Virus record (IMG/VR): IMGVR_UViG_3300030248_000076
Span: 1 to 57,595 of that record
Strand: one strand, 5' to 3'
Source: a virus
DNA: 57,595 bases
A program made the translations under genes and the position numbers. Under the pieces are notes generated by a model. That model worked only from the letters and a program-made list of their open reading frames with translations, made no database searches and was not told the DNA's origin. Below are positions 43,840-52,303 of this stretch, in pieces (positions within the stretch are counted from its first letter, which is position 1; each line of letters begins with the position of its first letter).

Positions 43840-44352
43840 TCAAATCCTTCTAACAACTTTTTCGGGTATAAGTCGTTTACGGATAACCCGCTGCCTAAAC
43901 AAAAGACGGTCAACTAACCGAGGATAGACGTGTACAGTGAGAGACTTTAACGGCTTCCTAGGGTTGATTTTGAAACAGATCGCTGGCCGGAATGGGGCAA
44001 ACTCACCATTCTTCTTATAAGCAACCGCATTTTCTTCGGATGGAATAATTTTTGGCGCATATACAAATTTACGCCATACGAGAGCCTCATTGTCTACTGG
44101 TGGGAGGCCGAACTCTGCTGAGGTGAAGGTTTCTGAAACGTCGCAACCAGAAACGCCAATCTTGAAAATTTCGTAATCCTCAGATGCAGGGATAAAAGTT
44201 AGAGTCAACTTATAGAAATTTGATGTTGGCGATGGATCATCAAGCCTCAATTTTATTTCTGGAGTCTGTCGAAGCATTTTTTGAGCATACATAAGGTAAG
44301 CAGTTATTCCAGTAAATACGGCTGTAGCTATAGTAGATATGACAACGAACAT
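43840..44352 (-). CDS. Opposite-strand cargo gene: N-terminally anchored membrane protein, unknown function
   Basis: 170 aa. The region is visibly AT-richer, has one N-terminal TM, and is antisense to the early operon. Confidence 0.55.
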   Translation of the reverse strand: MFVVISTIATAVFTGITAYLMYAQKMLRQTPEIKLRLDDPSPTSNFYKLTLTFIPASEDYEIFKIGVSGCDVSETFTSAEFGLPPVDNEALVWRKFVYAPKIIPSEENAVAYKKNGEFAPFRPAICFKINPRKPLKSLTVHVYPRLVDRLLFRQRVIRKRLIPEKVVRRI

Positions 44353-44477
44353 GTGTTCTCGGTGAGTGGTAATGGTGAGTGAAGTGAATTTACTATCTTA
44401 CCGAGGACACTACCTTTTTGACACGCGCCTCCAGATCGAGTACTCTTCCCCTGTCAGCGCGAAAGCGGCGCTGATCG

Positions 44478-44498
44478 GGCCGCAATAGCGGCTTTTTT
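44478..44498 (+). terminator. Intrinsic terminator
   Basis: Stem gccgc/gcggc, loop aata, then TTTTTT. Confidence 0.6.
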
Positions 44499-44522
44499 CG
44501 TATTTGCCTCTAGGGGAATGAA

Positions 44523-44954
44523 ATGAAGCGAGATCTTAAGACCCTCGTGACGCTGCTTGAAAGAATCGAAGACGATAACCTTGAGCAATTCATTGATCAC
44601 CCCCTTGGAGAAGACATTGACGAGCGCAAACTTGGGAAGCTCATCTCCAACAAGCGGCAAATCTTACTTGGTCACCTCCTTCTGCTTAAGGAGGCTGGGT
44701 ACACGGGACACTTGACTGTTACGGTCAACGAGGGTGAGGACGGCCTAGAGCTTTGTTGTTCGATCCCCCGCCTAACCATGAAGGGACACGACTTGCTTGC
44801 AATGCTTCGTTCAAAAACTCTTTATCAGCGAATGAAAGAGATTCTTGATGGCACCGGTCTGCCCCTTACATCGGATACGCTGGACTTGATTCAACATGAG
44901 GCCTCTGACGAGTTGATTCGAGAGTGGGCATCTAAGAAAAAACTCCAATCTTGA
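44523..44954 (+). CDS. DUF2513-like winged-helix protein (second paralogue)
   Basis: MKRDLKTLVTLLERIE...TMKGHDLLAMLRSKTLY. Confidence 0.6.
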   Translation: MKRDLKTLVTLLERIEDDNLEQFIDHPLGEDIDERKLGKLISNKRQILLGHLLLLKEAGYTGHLTVTVNEGEDGLELCCSIPRLTMKGHDLLAMLRSKTLYQRMKEILDGTGLPLTSDTLDLIQHEASDELIREWASKKKLQS

Positions 44955-45053
44955 TCACATTGACGAAAGCGCCTTGGTTCGGGTAACATCCTGCGCAATG
45001 CTTCACATGAAGCAGGACGGGATTGGCGTCCCGAACTAAACGGCGAGCATGAC

Positions 45054-45086
45054 AGGCCGCCGACCGTTGGTAAGCGGCTTTTTTGT
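45054..45086 (+). terminator. Intrinsic terminator
   Basis: Stem aggccgc/gcggctt, then TTTTTT. Confidence 0.65.
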
Positions 45087-45096
45087 TGTCTCGCGC

Positions 45097-45263
45097 ATGG
45101 GGTCGCGTTTCACGCCCCCATCCCTTAAAAAGGGGAGCCCCATTTCAGGGCCCCCTTTGCAGGCCTCCAGATTACGGTGGGGCTTGTGGGCCTCGAAAGA
45201 GGGCCGGGTCCGTTTAGCCGGTACGCCAACCCACAAGCCCTGCCACCACGATTGGCGTCGTGG
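45097..45263 (+). ncRNA. Candidate GC-rich structured RNA upstream of the bro gene
   Basis: 15-bp helix 45176-45190 with 45230-45244 encloses a GAAA-tetraloop hairpin and a second hairpin. Flanking hairpins at 45097-45121, 45122-45135 and 45246-45263. Confidence 0.35.
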
Positions 45264-45296
45264 AGCAGGATCGACACCATCTAAACGGAGGCTTCC

Positions 45297-46115
45297 ATGC
45301 AAGCTTTGAGCTTCTCATTCGAGAACATGGCCGTGCGCACGCTCGGCACACCTGAACACCCTCTTTTTGTCGCCCTTGACGTCTGTAGCGCTCTCGGTTA
45401 CGCGAAAGCGCGCAACGCAGTCGCTCAGCACGTCGACCCCGAAGACCTCATCAAGTCCGATATCGACACAAACGGTGGCCGCCAGACGATCAACTGCGTC
45501 AACGAGTCCGGTCTCTACGCCCTGATCTTTGGCTCCAAGCTCGAATCCGCAAAGCGCTTCAAGCGCTGGGTCACTTCTGAAGTTCTGCCGGCGATTCGTC
45601 GCACGGGACGATACGAATCTGCTCAGTCCGCGCTCATCACGACTACAGAGCAGTACGAGATCCGAAAGGCTATCAAATCGCGCGCTAAGAACTCATCGGT
45701 TCACTACCAGACGGTCTACAACGCTCTTTACGACTACTTCAAGATCGCGAGCTACAAAGACCTGCGGCACGATCAGATGAAAGCTGCACTCGCGCTCATC
45801 GAAACCTGCACGCTTAAACCGCAGCTTTCGGCGCCGACAATCCCAGAAGGGTCGATCATCTTGTCTGATAAGGATGCTGAAGCCCTGCTCACTTTCATCT
45901 ATTACGTGAGGTTTTTGTTTTTGAACGTCTTTAGCAAGATCTATGGCATTTTGCGAATTATGGATTCGCCCTTTGCCGGAAAGTTTTGGGACGCCTTTAA
46001 TGAAGTCCCTTGGTGGCGCATCCTAGAGATTCTTGCCAAGCACGGACACGACATTAACGACATGCAATGCTATCAGCACTGGTTGGCACAGCAACCAAAG
46101 CGCACGGCCGCATAA
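45297..46115 (+). CDS. Bro-N domain antirepressor-type protein with the shared C-domain
   Basis: N-terminal FVALDVCSALGY...ESGLYALIFGSKLESAKRFKRWVTSEVLPAIRRTG is Bro-N-like. Confidence 0.85.
   Translation: MQALSFSFENMAVRTLGTPEHPLFVALDVCSALGYAKARNAVAQHVDPEDLIKSDIDTNGGRQTINCVNESGLYALIFGSKLESAKRFKRWVTSEVLPAIRRTGRYESAQSALITTTEQYEIRKAIKSRAKNSSVHYQTVYNALYDYFKIASYKDLRHDQMKAALALIETCTLKPQLSAPTIPEGSIILSDKDAEALLTFIYYVRFLFLNVFSKIYGILRIMDSPFAGKFWDAFNEVPWWRILEILAKHGHDINDMQCYQHWLAQQPKRTAA
45630..46115 (+). repeat. 486-bp direct repeat, copy 2
   Basis: See 38141-38626. Confidence 0.9.
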
Positions 46116-46320
46116 GGAGGTGCCCGTATGAACGCCTTAACAACCACAGGGTTAACACAAGATATGGTATGTGCAAAATTTGCACATACTACCTTTGATA
46201 GGCAAATTCAAGATACTTAGCGCTTAACCGCGTAAGCGATCTGCATAGCGCCGTAGAATGAGAAGGCCCCCGGTACGAAGCATGAACCGGAGGCCTAACG
46301 AATATCCCTAACGAGGACGT

Positions 46321-47205
46321 ATGAATCATACCGAAAATCTTCCAGCGCAGGAAGTCGTCGGCGCAACCCCGCCTGACTTCGATGCTATCCGCCATTTCGA
46401 TGAAAACGGCGTGGAGTACTGGCTTGCTCGAGAGCTCTACCCTCTCCTTGGATACAGTCGGTGGCAACGATTCCTGCCTGTCGTTACGAAAGCCAAAGAG
46501 GCCTGCGTTTCCTCAAACATCAACGTCGAAGACCATTTTACCAACATGGGTAAAATGGTCGGACTCGGTAGCGGAGCTACTCGAGAGCTCGAAGACATCG
46601 CCCTCTCTCGCTACGCCTGCTACCTGATCGTCCAAAACGGAGATCCGACCAAACCTGTGATCGCGGCAGGTCAAACCTACTTCGCCATCCAGACGCGACG
46701 CCAAGAGATCGAAGACCAAGAAGCTTTCGTCGAGCTCAATGACGATCAAAAGCGGCTTTTGCTACGCCGAGAGGTTGCCGAGCACAACAAGCGACTGGTC
46801 GACGCCGCGCACGACGCGGGCGTTATCGACGCGATGGACTACGCCATCTTCCAGAACTACGGCTACAAGGGGCTGTACGGTGGACTCGGACAACGCGAGA
46901 TTCATGCAAAGAAAGGTCTGAAAAAGTCGCAGAAAATCCTTGACCACATGGGCCATGAGGAACTCGCCGCCAACCTTTTCCGAGCCACCCAGACGGAAGC
47001 AAAGCTGAGGCGCGAAGGAATTCAAGGGAAATCGCAGGCCAACCAAACGCATTTCGGGGTTGGTCGAGAGGTTCGCGAGACAATCAAGCGACTCAGCGGG
47101 ACCATGCCGGAAGACCTGCCAACCCCCGAGAAAAGCATCAAGCAGCTTGAACGCGAAGAACGGAAGCGGCTTGAGGAGAAAGACCGTGACAAGGAAGAGC
47201 GGTAA
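46321..47205 (+). CDS. dinD: DNA-damage-inducible protein D-like
   Basis: EYWLARELYPLLGY...DIALSRYACYLIVQNGDP...QTYFAIQTRRQE is the DinD pattern. Confidence 0.75.
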   Translation: MNHTENLPAQEVVGATPPDFDAIRHFDENGVEYWLARELYPLLGYSRWQRFLPVVTKAKEACVSSNINVEDHFTNMGKMVGLGSGATRELEDIALSRYACYLIVQNGDPTKPVIAAGQTYFAIQTRRQEIEDQEAFVELNDDQKRLLLRREVAEHNKRLVDAAHDAGVIDAMDYAIFQNYGYKGLYGGLGQREIHAKKGLKKSQKILDHMGHEELAANLFRATQTEAKLRREGIQGKSQANQTHFGVGREVRETIKRLSGTMPEDLPTPEKSIKQLEREERKRLEEKDRDKEER

Positions 47206-47303
47206 TGCAATCTCTCCGTCTCCTGCTCTGGGTTACGCCAAACGGGCTCTAGTCCAGCGTCCGGCACACATCGCCATATGATGTGAAATCAACAACCACC
47301 AAG

Positions 47304-47332
47304 GCCTCCGAGGAATCGGGGGCTTTTCTTTT
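47304..47332 (+). terminator. Intrinsic terminator after dinD
   Basis: Stem gcctccga/tcgggggc, loop ggaa, then TTTTCTTTT. Confidence 0.75.
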
Positions 47333-47344
47333 GGAGCATTCTCA

Positions 47345-48115
47345 ATGAATGAACTGATTCAAACATTCAAGTTCGAAGGCTCGAACCTTCGTGTCATCGT
47401 CGAGAACGGTGAGCCCTGGTTCTGCGCAATTGACGTGTGCAAGGCTCTCGGGTACTCAAACACCCGGGACGCACTCCGAAACCATACCAAAAACAAGGGA
47501 GTCGTGAAACACGACACCCCTACTAAAGGTGGCGTCCAACCCCTCGCATACCTAAATGAAGGGAACCTCTACCGTCTTGTCATGCGCTCCAAGCTCGAAA
47601 GCGCAGAACGGTTTCAGGATTGGGTGTGCGGGGAGGTACTGCCAACGATCAGAAAAACGGGGTCGTACGGAACGCGTCAAACGCCATCCCTCCCCGACTT
47701 TACAAATCCAGCGATAGCCGCACGCGCATGGGCAGAGCAGTACGAGCTTCGACAGGCTCTTGAGCACAAAGTGAGGCAGGACGCCCCAAAGATCGATTTT
47801 GCCGAGGCGGTCACTGCATCAGATGCCGAACACACCATCACCGAAGCGTCAAAAACGCTCGGCATCCGTCCAAAGAAATTTTTTGATTGGCTTCGCGCGA
47901 ACGGCTTTATCTATAAACAGGGCACGCAAGCCATGCAGTTTTCTATCAACAAAGGGCTGATGGTGACGCGTTTTCATTCTTTCACGCATTCCGATGGTGA
48001 AAAGGATCAGAAAACACACGCGCACGTCACCGGAAAAGGGATCTTTTACTTCTATCGACGGTTGTTGCAAGAAGGCTTGATCGCTCGAAATCCCAACCTA
48101 GAACTGACAGCGTAA
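47345..48115 (+). CDS. Bro-N plus KilA-C/ANT antirepressor
   Basis: N-terminal Bro-N (PWFCAIDVCKALGY...RFQDWVCGEVLPTIRKTG), C-terminal ANT-like (FDWLRANGFIYK). Confidence 0.8.
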   Translation: MNELIQTFKFEGSNLRVIVENGEPWFCAIDVCKALGYSNTRDALRNHTKNKGVVKHDTPTKGGVQPLAYLNEGNLYRLVMRSKLESAERFQDWVCGEVLPTIRKTGSYGTRQTPSLPDFTNPAIAARAWAEQYELRQALEHKVRQDAPKIDFAEAVTASDAEHTITEASKTLGIRPKKFFDWLRANGFIYKQGTQAMQFSINKGLMVTRFHSFTHSDGEKDQKTHAHVTGKGIFYFYRRLLQEGLIARNPNLELTA

Positions 48116-48129
48116 ACACAGAGAGATAG

Positions 48130-48396
48130 ATGAACCAAGAAGATAAAGAAGAGCTGATCGAAATGATCGAGTATTTCTTTGGTCTCCCCAGACCGATTAT
48201 TAATGCATATTGCGAAAGAGACGCCTCTACTGCAAGAGAACTCATTCGTCTTTATGCGCATGCGCAGGGAATGTCCACTGAAAGTCTTTTGGCTGCATCA
48301 AGGATAACGAAAAACGCATCTGTGTTTATGTTTTTTCTCGCAGAGACTATGCAGGGAATAGCTGCCAAAAGCGAGGCTGCGAATGACGAAGCTTGA
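48130..48396 (+). CDS. Hypothetical protein
   Basis: 88-aa ORF. Confidence 0.45.
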   Translation: MNQEDKEELIEMIEYFFGLPRPIINAYCERDASTARELIRLYAHAQGMSTESLLAASRITKNASVFMFFLAETMQGIAAKSEAANDEA

Positions 48397-48706
48397 TCCG
48401 AGAATCAAGGCGATTGCCGACAGGTCAGGTTTTGACCTGATTTTCTCGCGTGCGGCAGAGGAGTTTGCGGAAGCGTCCGCAGCGCTTCTGCAATACCGCC
48501 GAGCAACGTATTTCGGAGACGGAGACGCTAGTGAGAAATTCAAGGAGATGGTTTCGGAGCTGGCGGACTGCCAAGTAATGCTTGAGCAGATCTTATACAT
48601 CCTCCCAGAGCTTCAAGAAAAAATTAAACAAGTCCGCGATTTCAAAATCGAGCGCACTTTGGAGCGCTATGGAATCAACATCGAAAAGGAAAACGCAAAT
48701 GACTGA
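48383..48706 (+). CDS. MazG-like nucleotide pyrophosphohydrolase (putative)
   Basis: About 107 aa, helical, with EEFAEA...SELADCQVMLEQ motifs resembling the EExxE...ExxD layout. Confidence 0.5.
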   Translation: MTKLDPRIKAIADRSGFDLIFSRAAEEFAEASAALLQYRRATYFGDGDASEKFKEMVSELADCQVMLEQILYILPELQEKIKQVRDFKIERTLERYGINIEKENAND

Positions 48707-49094
48707 AGAAAAGATTGATCTCGTCAATCATCCGGCTCATTATGAAAAGTACCGGATCGTACTGGAGCCGGTCGACCTAACCGAGACCCTTCCCCACCCG
48801 CTCGCATCGGCCGTCGAATACATCCTTAGATCGCCGTACAAGGGCTCCGAAAAACTAGATATCAAAAAAGCCATCTGGTGGTTGAATAGATATCGAGATA
48901 GTAGGTGTGCCGGCTTTGAGGATATGCTGCCACCGCGGACGGCGACCATGATGGACTTGTTTCGCTATAAATGTGAAACGCTGAGTTTTCTCGTTATACG
49001 AGATGAAGATAATCTTTTCGTGACATCCGAAACGATAAATCGAACCATCGAAAAGCTCGAAAAGCGAATCGCCGAGATCGAAAAAGATGATTAA
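48699..49094 (+). CDS. DUF3310-like protein
   Basis: Start MTEEKIDLVNHPAHY, then ...AVEYILRSPYKG...DIKKAIWWL. Confidence 0.6.
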   Translation: MTEEKIDLVNHPAHYEKYRIVLEPVDLTETLPHPLASAVEYILRSPYKGSEKLDIKKAIWWLNRYRDSRCAGFEDMLPPRTATMMDLFRYKCETLSFLVIRDEDNLFVTSETINRTIEKLEKRIAEIEKDD

Positions 49095-49509
49095 GAACTT
49101 TCTACGCGTGCTTTTCACGCCGAGTGTGTGGATCCGGAACCACCCGACCGATGAGGGCGTCGATGCGTTCTTTCACGTCCTGCTAGACAACCTCGATGAG
49201 GTCAAACTCATCTCGTGCACTCACTATTGGATTCGGCTCGAGTTTCGCGGAATTGTCTACGACTTTTGGATAGCGAATCGCTTCTATGCATTTCTTTCGG
49301 AGACTACCGCTTATGAAAGTATTGACGAAAAGAATATGCGGAAGCTCTATAAGGTCCGCAACAAACTGCCGAGCCGCGCGACGGCATTCGCCTTTTACGA
49401 TGCTTTCCGCGACGTAATTCAGCAAGCCGAAGACTGGAATTACGCCGGGCTTAAGAGCATGGCAGAAGTGGTTAACGAGGAGAAAAAAGATGAAACCGCG
49501 AAAAACTAG
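49087..49509 (+). CDS. Hypothetical protein
   Basis: 140-aa ORF. Confidence 0.5.
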   Translation: MIKNFLRVLFTPSVWIRNHPTDEGVDAFFHVLLDNLDEVKLISCTHYWIRLEFRGIVYDFWIANRFYAFLSETTAYESIDEKNMRKLYKVRNKLPSRATAFAFYDAFRDVIQQAEDWNYAGLKSMAEVVNEEKKDETAKN

Positions 49510-49753
49510 CCTACTCCCAATTGCTCGTGGCCGCGGCGCTGAAAGAATCGTCGTGGTTCAAGGTGAAATTCCTCATATCGGCGAAGAGAGCGTTAAATTT
49601 GTGCAGCTTCAATTGCAATGGGACTCGAAGGAATACGGCGTTGAAAACGTTCATTCCGCCTATCTCTCAGCCGAGAATGTCGACGAACTCATCGACCTTT
49701 TGGTGAAAGCTAAGAACAGAGTTCCAGTTTGGAGCGATGAAGATGAAGATTAA
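49490..49753 (+). CDS. Hypothetical protein
   Basis: 87-aa ORF. Confidence 0.45.
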   Translation: MKPRKTSLLPIARGRGAERIVVVQGEIPHIGEESVKFVQLQLQWDSKEYGVENVHSAYLSAENVDELIDLLVKAKNRVPVWSDEDED

Positions 49754-50000
49754 GACGATATGCGTCACGCTTTCGGAGGCTGAAATGAACGACTTTCGAA
49801 AGGTCGCCGAGGCAAAAAGCATTTCCATGAGCGTGCTGGCGCGGCGGATTATTCGGGACTGGTTGAAAAGCCCTGAAGTGCAGGCGAAGCTCGCTAAGGA
49901 GGAGCGGCGGATCAGTCGCGACTGGCTGAGAAGTCCCGAAGTACAGGCGCAGCTTGCCAAGGACGTAGAAGAACGATTTTTAACGGAGAAATGGATATGA
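49737..50000 (+). CDS. Ribbon-helix-helix (CopG/Arc-like) protein
   Basis: ICVTLSEAEMNDFRKVAEAKSISMSVLARRIIRDWL, with a duplicated RDWLxSPEVQAxLAK tail. Confidence 0.55.
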   Translation: MKMKIKTICVTLSEAEMNDFRKVAEAKSISMSVLARRIIRDWLKSPEVQAKLAKEERRISRDWLRSPEVQAQLAKDVEERFLTEKWI

Positions 50001-50206
50001 CAACGTTCGAGACTATCGTAGGCATCTGCTCTCTACTCGCCTGCATCGGCCTAATCCTGTTTGCAAATCAGGACGTCTTAAAAGTATCTGAATCTGTCGT
50101 CCTGGGGTTTGTAGTCCCGATCCTCTTTTTAATCGCATACAGCGCGTGCTACAGCATCTTTGAGTTTGCGTACTGGTTGTGGAAGCTTACGCCGTGGAGC
50201 AAGTGA
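49991..50206 (+). CDS. Small two-TM membrane protein
   Basis: 71-aa hydrophobic ORF flanked by 21-bp direct repeats. Confidence 0.5.
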   Translation: MDMTTFETIVGICSLLACIGLILFANQDVLKVSESVVLGFVVPILFLIAYSACYSIFEFAYWLWKLTPWSK

Positions 50207-50279
50207 CAAATGCCGCAAAGTAAAGCTGAAGCCTTCCTCGCTAAGGACGTAGAAGAACGATTTCTCGCGGAGAAGAACG

Positions 50280-50489
50280 ATGAACTTTTATGACCTCACC
50301 ATTACCGAGCTGAGAGACGAAGCAAACAAGATACGTCAGTACCTGCCCTTCGCCGATCTTGATTTGTGTAAAGAACGAGCTGAAGAGCTGATTGAGGAAG
50401 GTGAAGACCTTAACAACACGATTGCATATATCTGCATACTCGAATGTCGAATCCAACAGCTCGAAAAGGATAAAGATGAAAACGCCTAG
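50280..50489 (+). CDS. Hypothetical acidic protein
   Basis: 69-aa ORF. Confidence 0.45.
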   Translation: MNFYDLTITELRDEANKIRQYLPFADLDLCKERAEELIEEGEDLNNTIAYICILECRIQQLEKDKDENA

Positions 50490-50970
50490 AGTTCTCGATC
50501 CTTGCTGCGGTAGCCGTAAGTTCTACTTCGACAAAAAGTCGGAGGTGGTGCTGTACGGAGACATTCGCGAGGATAGCTACGTCCAGTGCGACGGACGGAC
50601 GCTTGAAATAGCGCCGGACCAACAAATGGACGTCACAGATCTGCCCTTCGAAGATGAGAGCTTTTCTCTCGTCATCTTCGATCCGCCGCATCTTAGAAAT
50701 GTCGGCGAATCGAGCTACATGGGTCAAGCTTATGGCCGACTGCCTCCAGACGTCGCCAAATTCTTAAAAAGCGGTTTCGATGAGTGCTGGAGAGTACTAA
50801 AGCCAAACGGCACACTGATTTTTAAGTGGGGAGATAAAGATTTCAAGCTCCCCTTTGTTTTGCAAACGATCGGAAGAAAACCCCTGCTGGGCAACCGCAA
50901 GCCCGCAACCGAAACTTACTGGATGGTTTTCTTCAAGTCTCAGGATGTCAAAAATGAAATACCGACTTAA
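50476..50970 (+). CDS. Small SAM-dependent (probably DNA) methyltransferase, orphan
   Basis: Start MKTPRVLDPCCGS (motif I) and FDPPH (motif IV-like). AAGGA RBS. No restriction partner was seen. Confidence 0.65.
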   Translation: MKTPRVLDPCCGSRKFYFDKKSEVVLYGDIREDSYVQCDGRTLEIAPDQQMDVTDLPFEDESFSLVIFDPPHLRNVGESSYMGQAYGRLPPDVAKFLKSGFDECWRVLKPNGTLIFKWGDKDFKLPFVLQTIGRKPLLGNRKPATETYWMVFFKSQDVKNEIPT

Positions 50971-51349
50971 GGACAAAGAGCTGCAAGCCAAACTCGAGGC
51001 AATTGAGCCGGAGTTTGGTGAGATGCTATCTGGTTACTTTGGAAATAGAAGCGACAAGACCTGTCTTGCACTTTATCTATGCAACGGGATAGATATGACG
51101 CTTTTCATCAGAAATTCGGCCATTGAAGAAGTACGTGAGTACGATCCCAAAGCGTGGAATGAGTGGCCGGCTGAAGATCCGCCTGTAGATGGATATTATC
51201 GGGTTGAGTACATACACAATCAGCAATTAGTAAAAGATGTATGGGTGTGGCTCGATTGTTCGTGGGTTCGTGACTGTTCCAACTTCCCTAGTGCTTGGAA
51301 GCCAGACTTTCAAGATGTTCGCTTCAGGCCGTGGGACGACGCGCAATGA
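50945..51349 (+). CDS. Hypothetical protein
   Basis: Start MSKMKYRL (or the Met at 50954). Confidence 0.45.
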   Translation: MSKMKYRLKDKELQAKLEAIEPEFGEMLSGYFGNRSDKTCLALYLCNGIDMTLFIRNSAIEEVREYDPKAWNEWPAEDPPVDGYYRVEYIHNQQLVKDVWVWLDCSWVRDCSNFPSAWKPDFQDVRFRPWDDAQ

Positions 51350-51591
51350 AAATTCGAAAAAGACTCAAGCCGCACAGGATATCCAACGCTGAGTTTTTGT
51401 CGCGCTTTCTGATGATTCGACGAAGTGCCATCAAGATGAGCCGAAAAACTGAGAGACTGATTCGACAGTACGGAGGGAAGGCTGCTTTCGAAAAGCGCAT
51501 CAGAGAGCGCGGAGAAGAGGCTATTTGGGGACTCGACGATGACGAGTTGAATTATGAAATAGCAAATCTACACCTTACGCAGGGGAACTGA
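51346..51591 (+). CDS. Hypothetical basic protein
   Basis: Start MKIRKRLK, ATGA-coupled. Confidence 0.45.
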   Translation: MKIRKRLKPHRISNAEFLSRFLMIRRSAIKMSRKTERLIRQYGGKAAFEKRIRERGEEAIWGLDDDELNYEIANLHLTQGN

Positions 51592-51592
51592 C

Positions 51593-52303
51593 ATGGCAGC
51601 TCGCAAGAAAAAGCGCTCGAAGGCATACCGTCCGAAAGCTGTAAAAGCTCCCAATCACCTTCTAGTCAAACTCCTGCCAGAGCTCACAAAAGAAGAGCAC
51701 ACAAAGATTGAGCTCGCATCACTTCTTCCGCTCGATGCAATTCGTCGCGGCGAAGGGACGCTAGAGAACGTTGACTACGTGATGAATTCGCTGCACGTCG
51801 GATGGGTGTGTAGCGCCGCGTTCGAGCGCCAGACAAAGATCGATGCTCAATCTTTGATGATAGTGGCTTACGGCTGCATGCGTCTCGTGAGTGAGCTGAT
51901 TCAATCCGGAAAGGCTGATCAAGTGCCGGGGTGGCTGATCGAACCAGTGCAGCCAGCGCTTGAGCTTCTGGCAGACATGCAGGCGGAGATGAGCAGAGCT
52001 GAGATGCACGACGCATATGAAGTGATGTTCAAAGCTCGCAAGCATCTGTGCAACTCCGAATCAGCTGCTGCGATTCGACCAGATGATCCGTCATCGTGGA
52101 AAAAGTCGTACATGCATCATGGCTTGATGTATTTGCACGGCATCGTTCAAATCGGATTTCTCGAAGAACGCGATGGTCAGATTTTTTGGTGGGCTTATGA
52201 CACACAGACGCTCATACGCATCACTCATCCAGCAGTAATGCTTGTCAGCATACCGCTGACTAAAGAAGATCGAATCGAATTTTTAAACGGGAGAACATCA
52301 TGA
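51593..52303 (+). CDS. Hypothetical protein
   Basis: 236-aa ORF. Confidence 0.5.
   Translation: MAARKKKRSKAYRPKAVKAPNHLLVKLLPELTKEEHTKIELASLLPLDAIRRGEGTLENVDYVMNSLHVGWVCSAAFERQTKIDAQSLMIVAYGCMRLVSELIQSGKADQVPGWLIEPVQPALELLADMQAEMSRAEMHDAYEVMFKARKHLCNSESAAAIRPDDPSSWKKSYMHHGLMYLHGIVQIGFLEERDGQIFWWAYDTQTLIRITHPAVMLVSIPLTKEDRIEFLNGRTS

Noticed and set aside
45036-45309. Mirror ORFs of 88 and 86 aa on both strands upstream of the bro gene
   Set aside because: Both are Gly/Pro/Arg-rich with no RBS, in a GC-rich region better explained by extensive RNA secondary structure.
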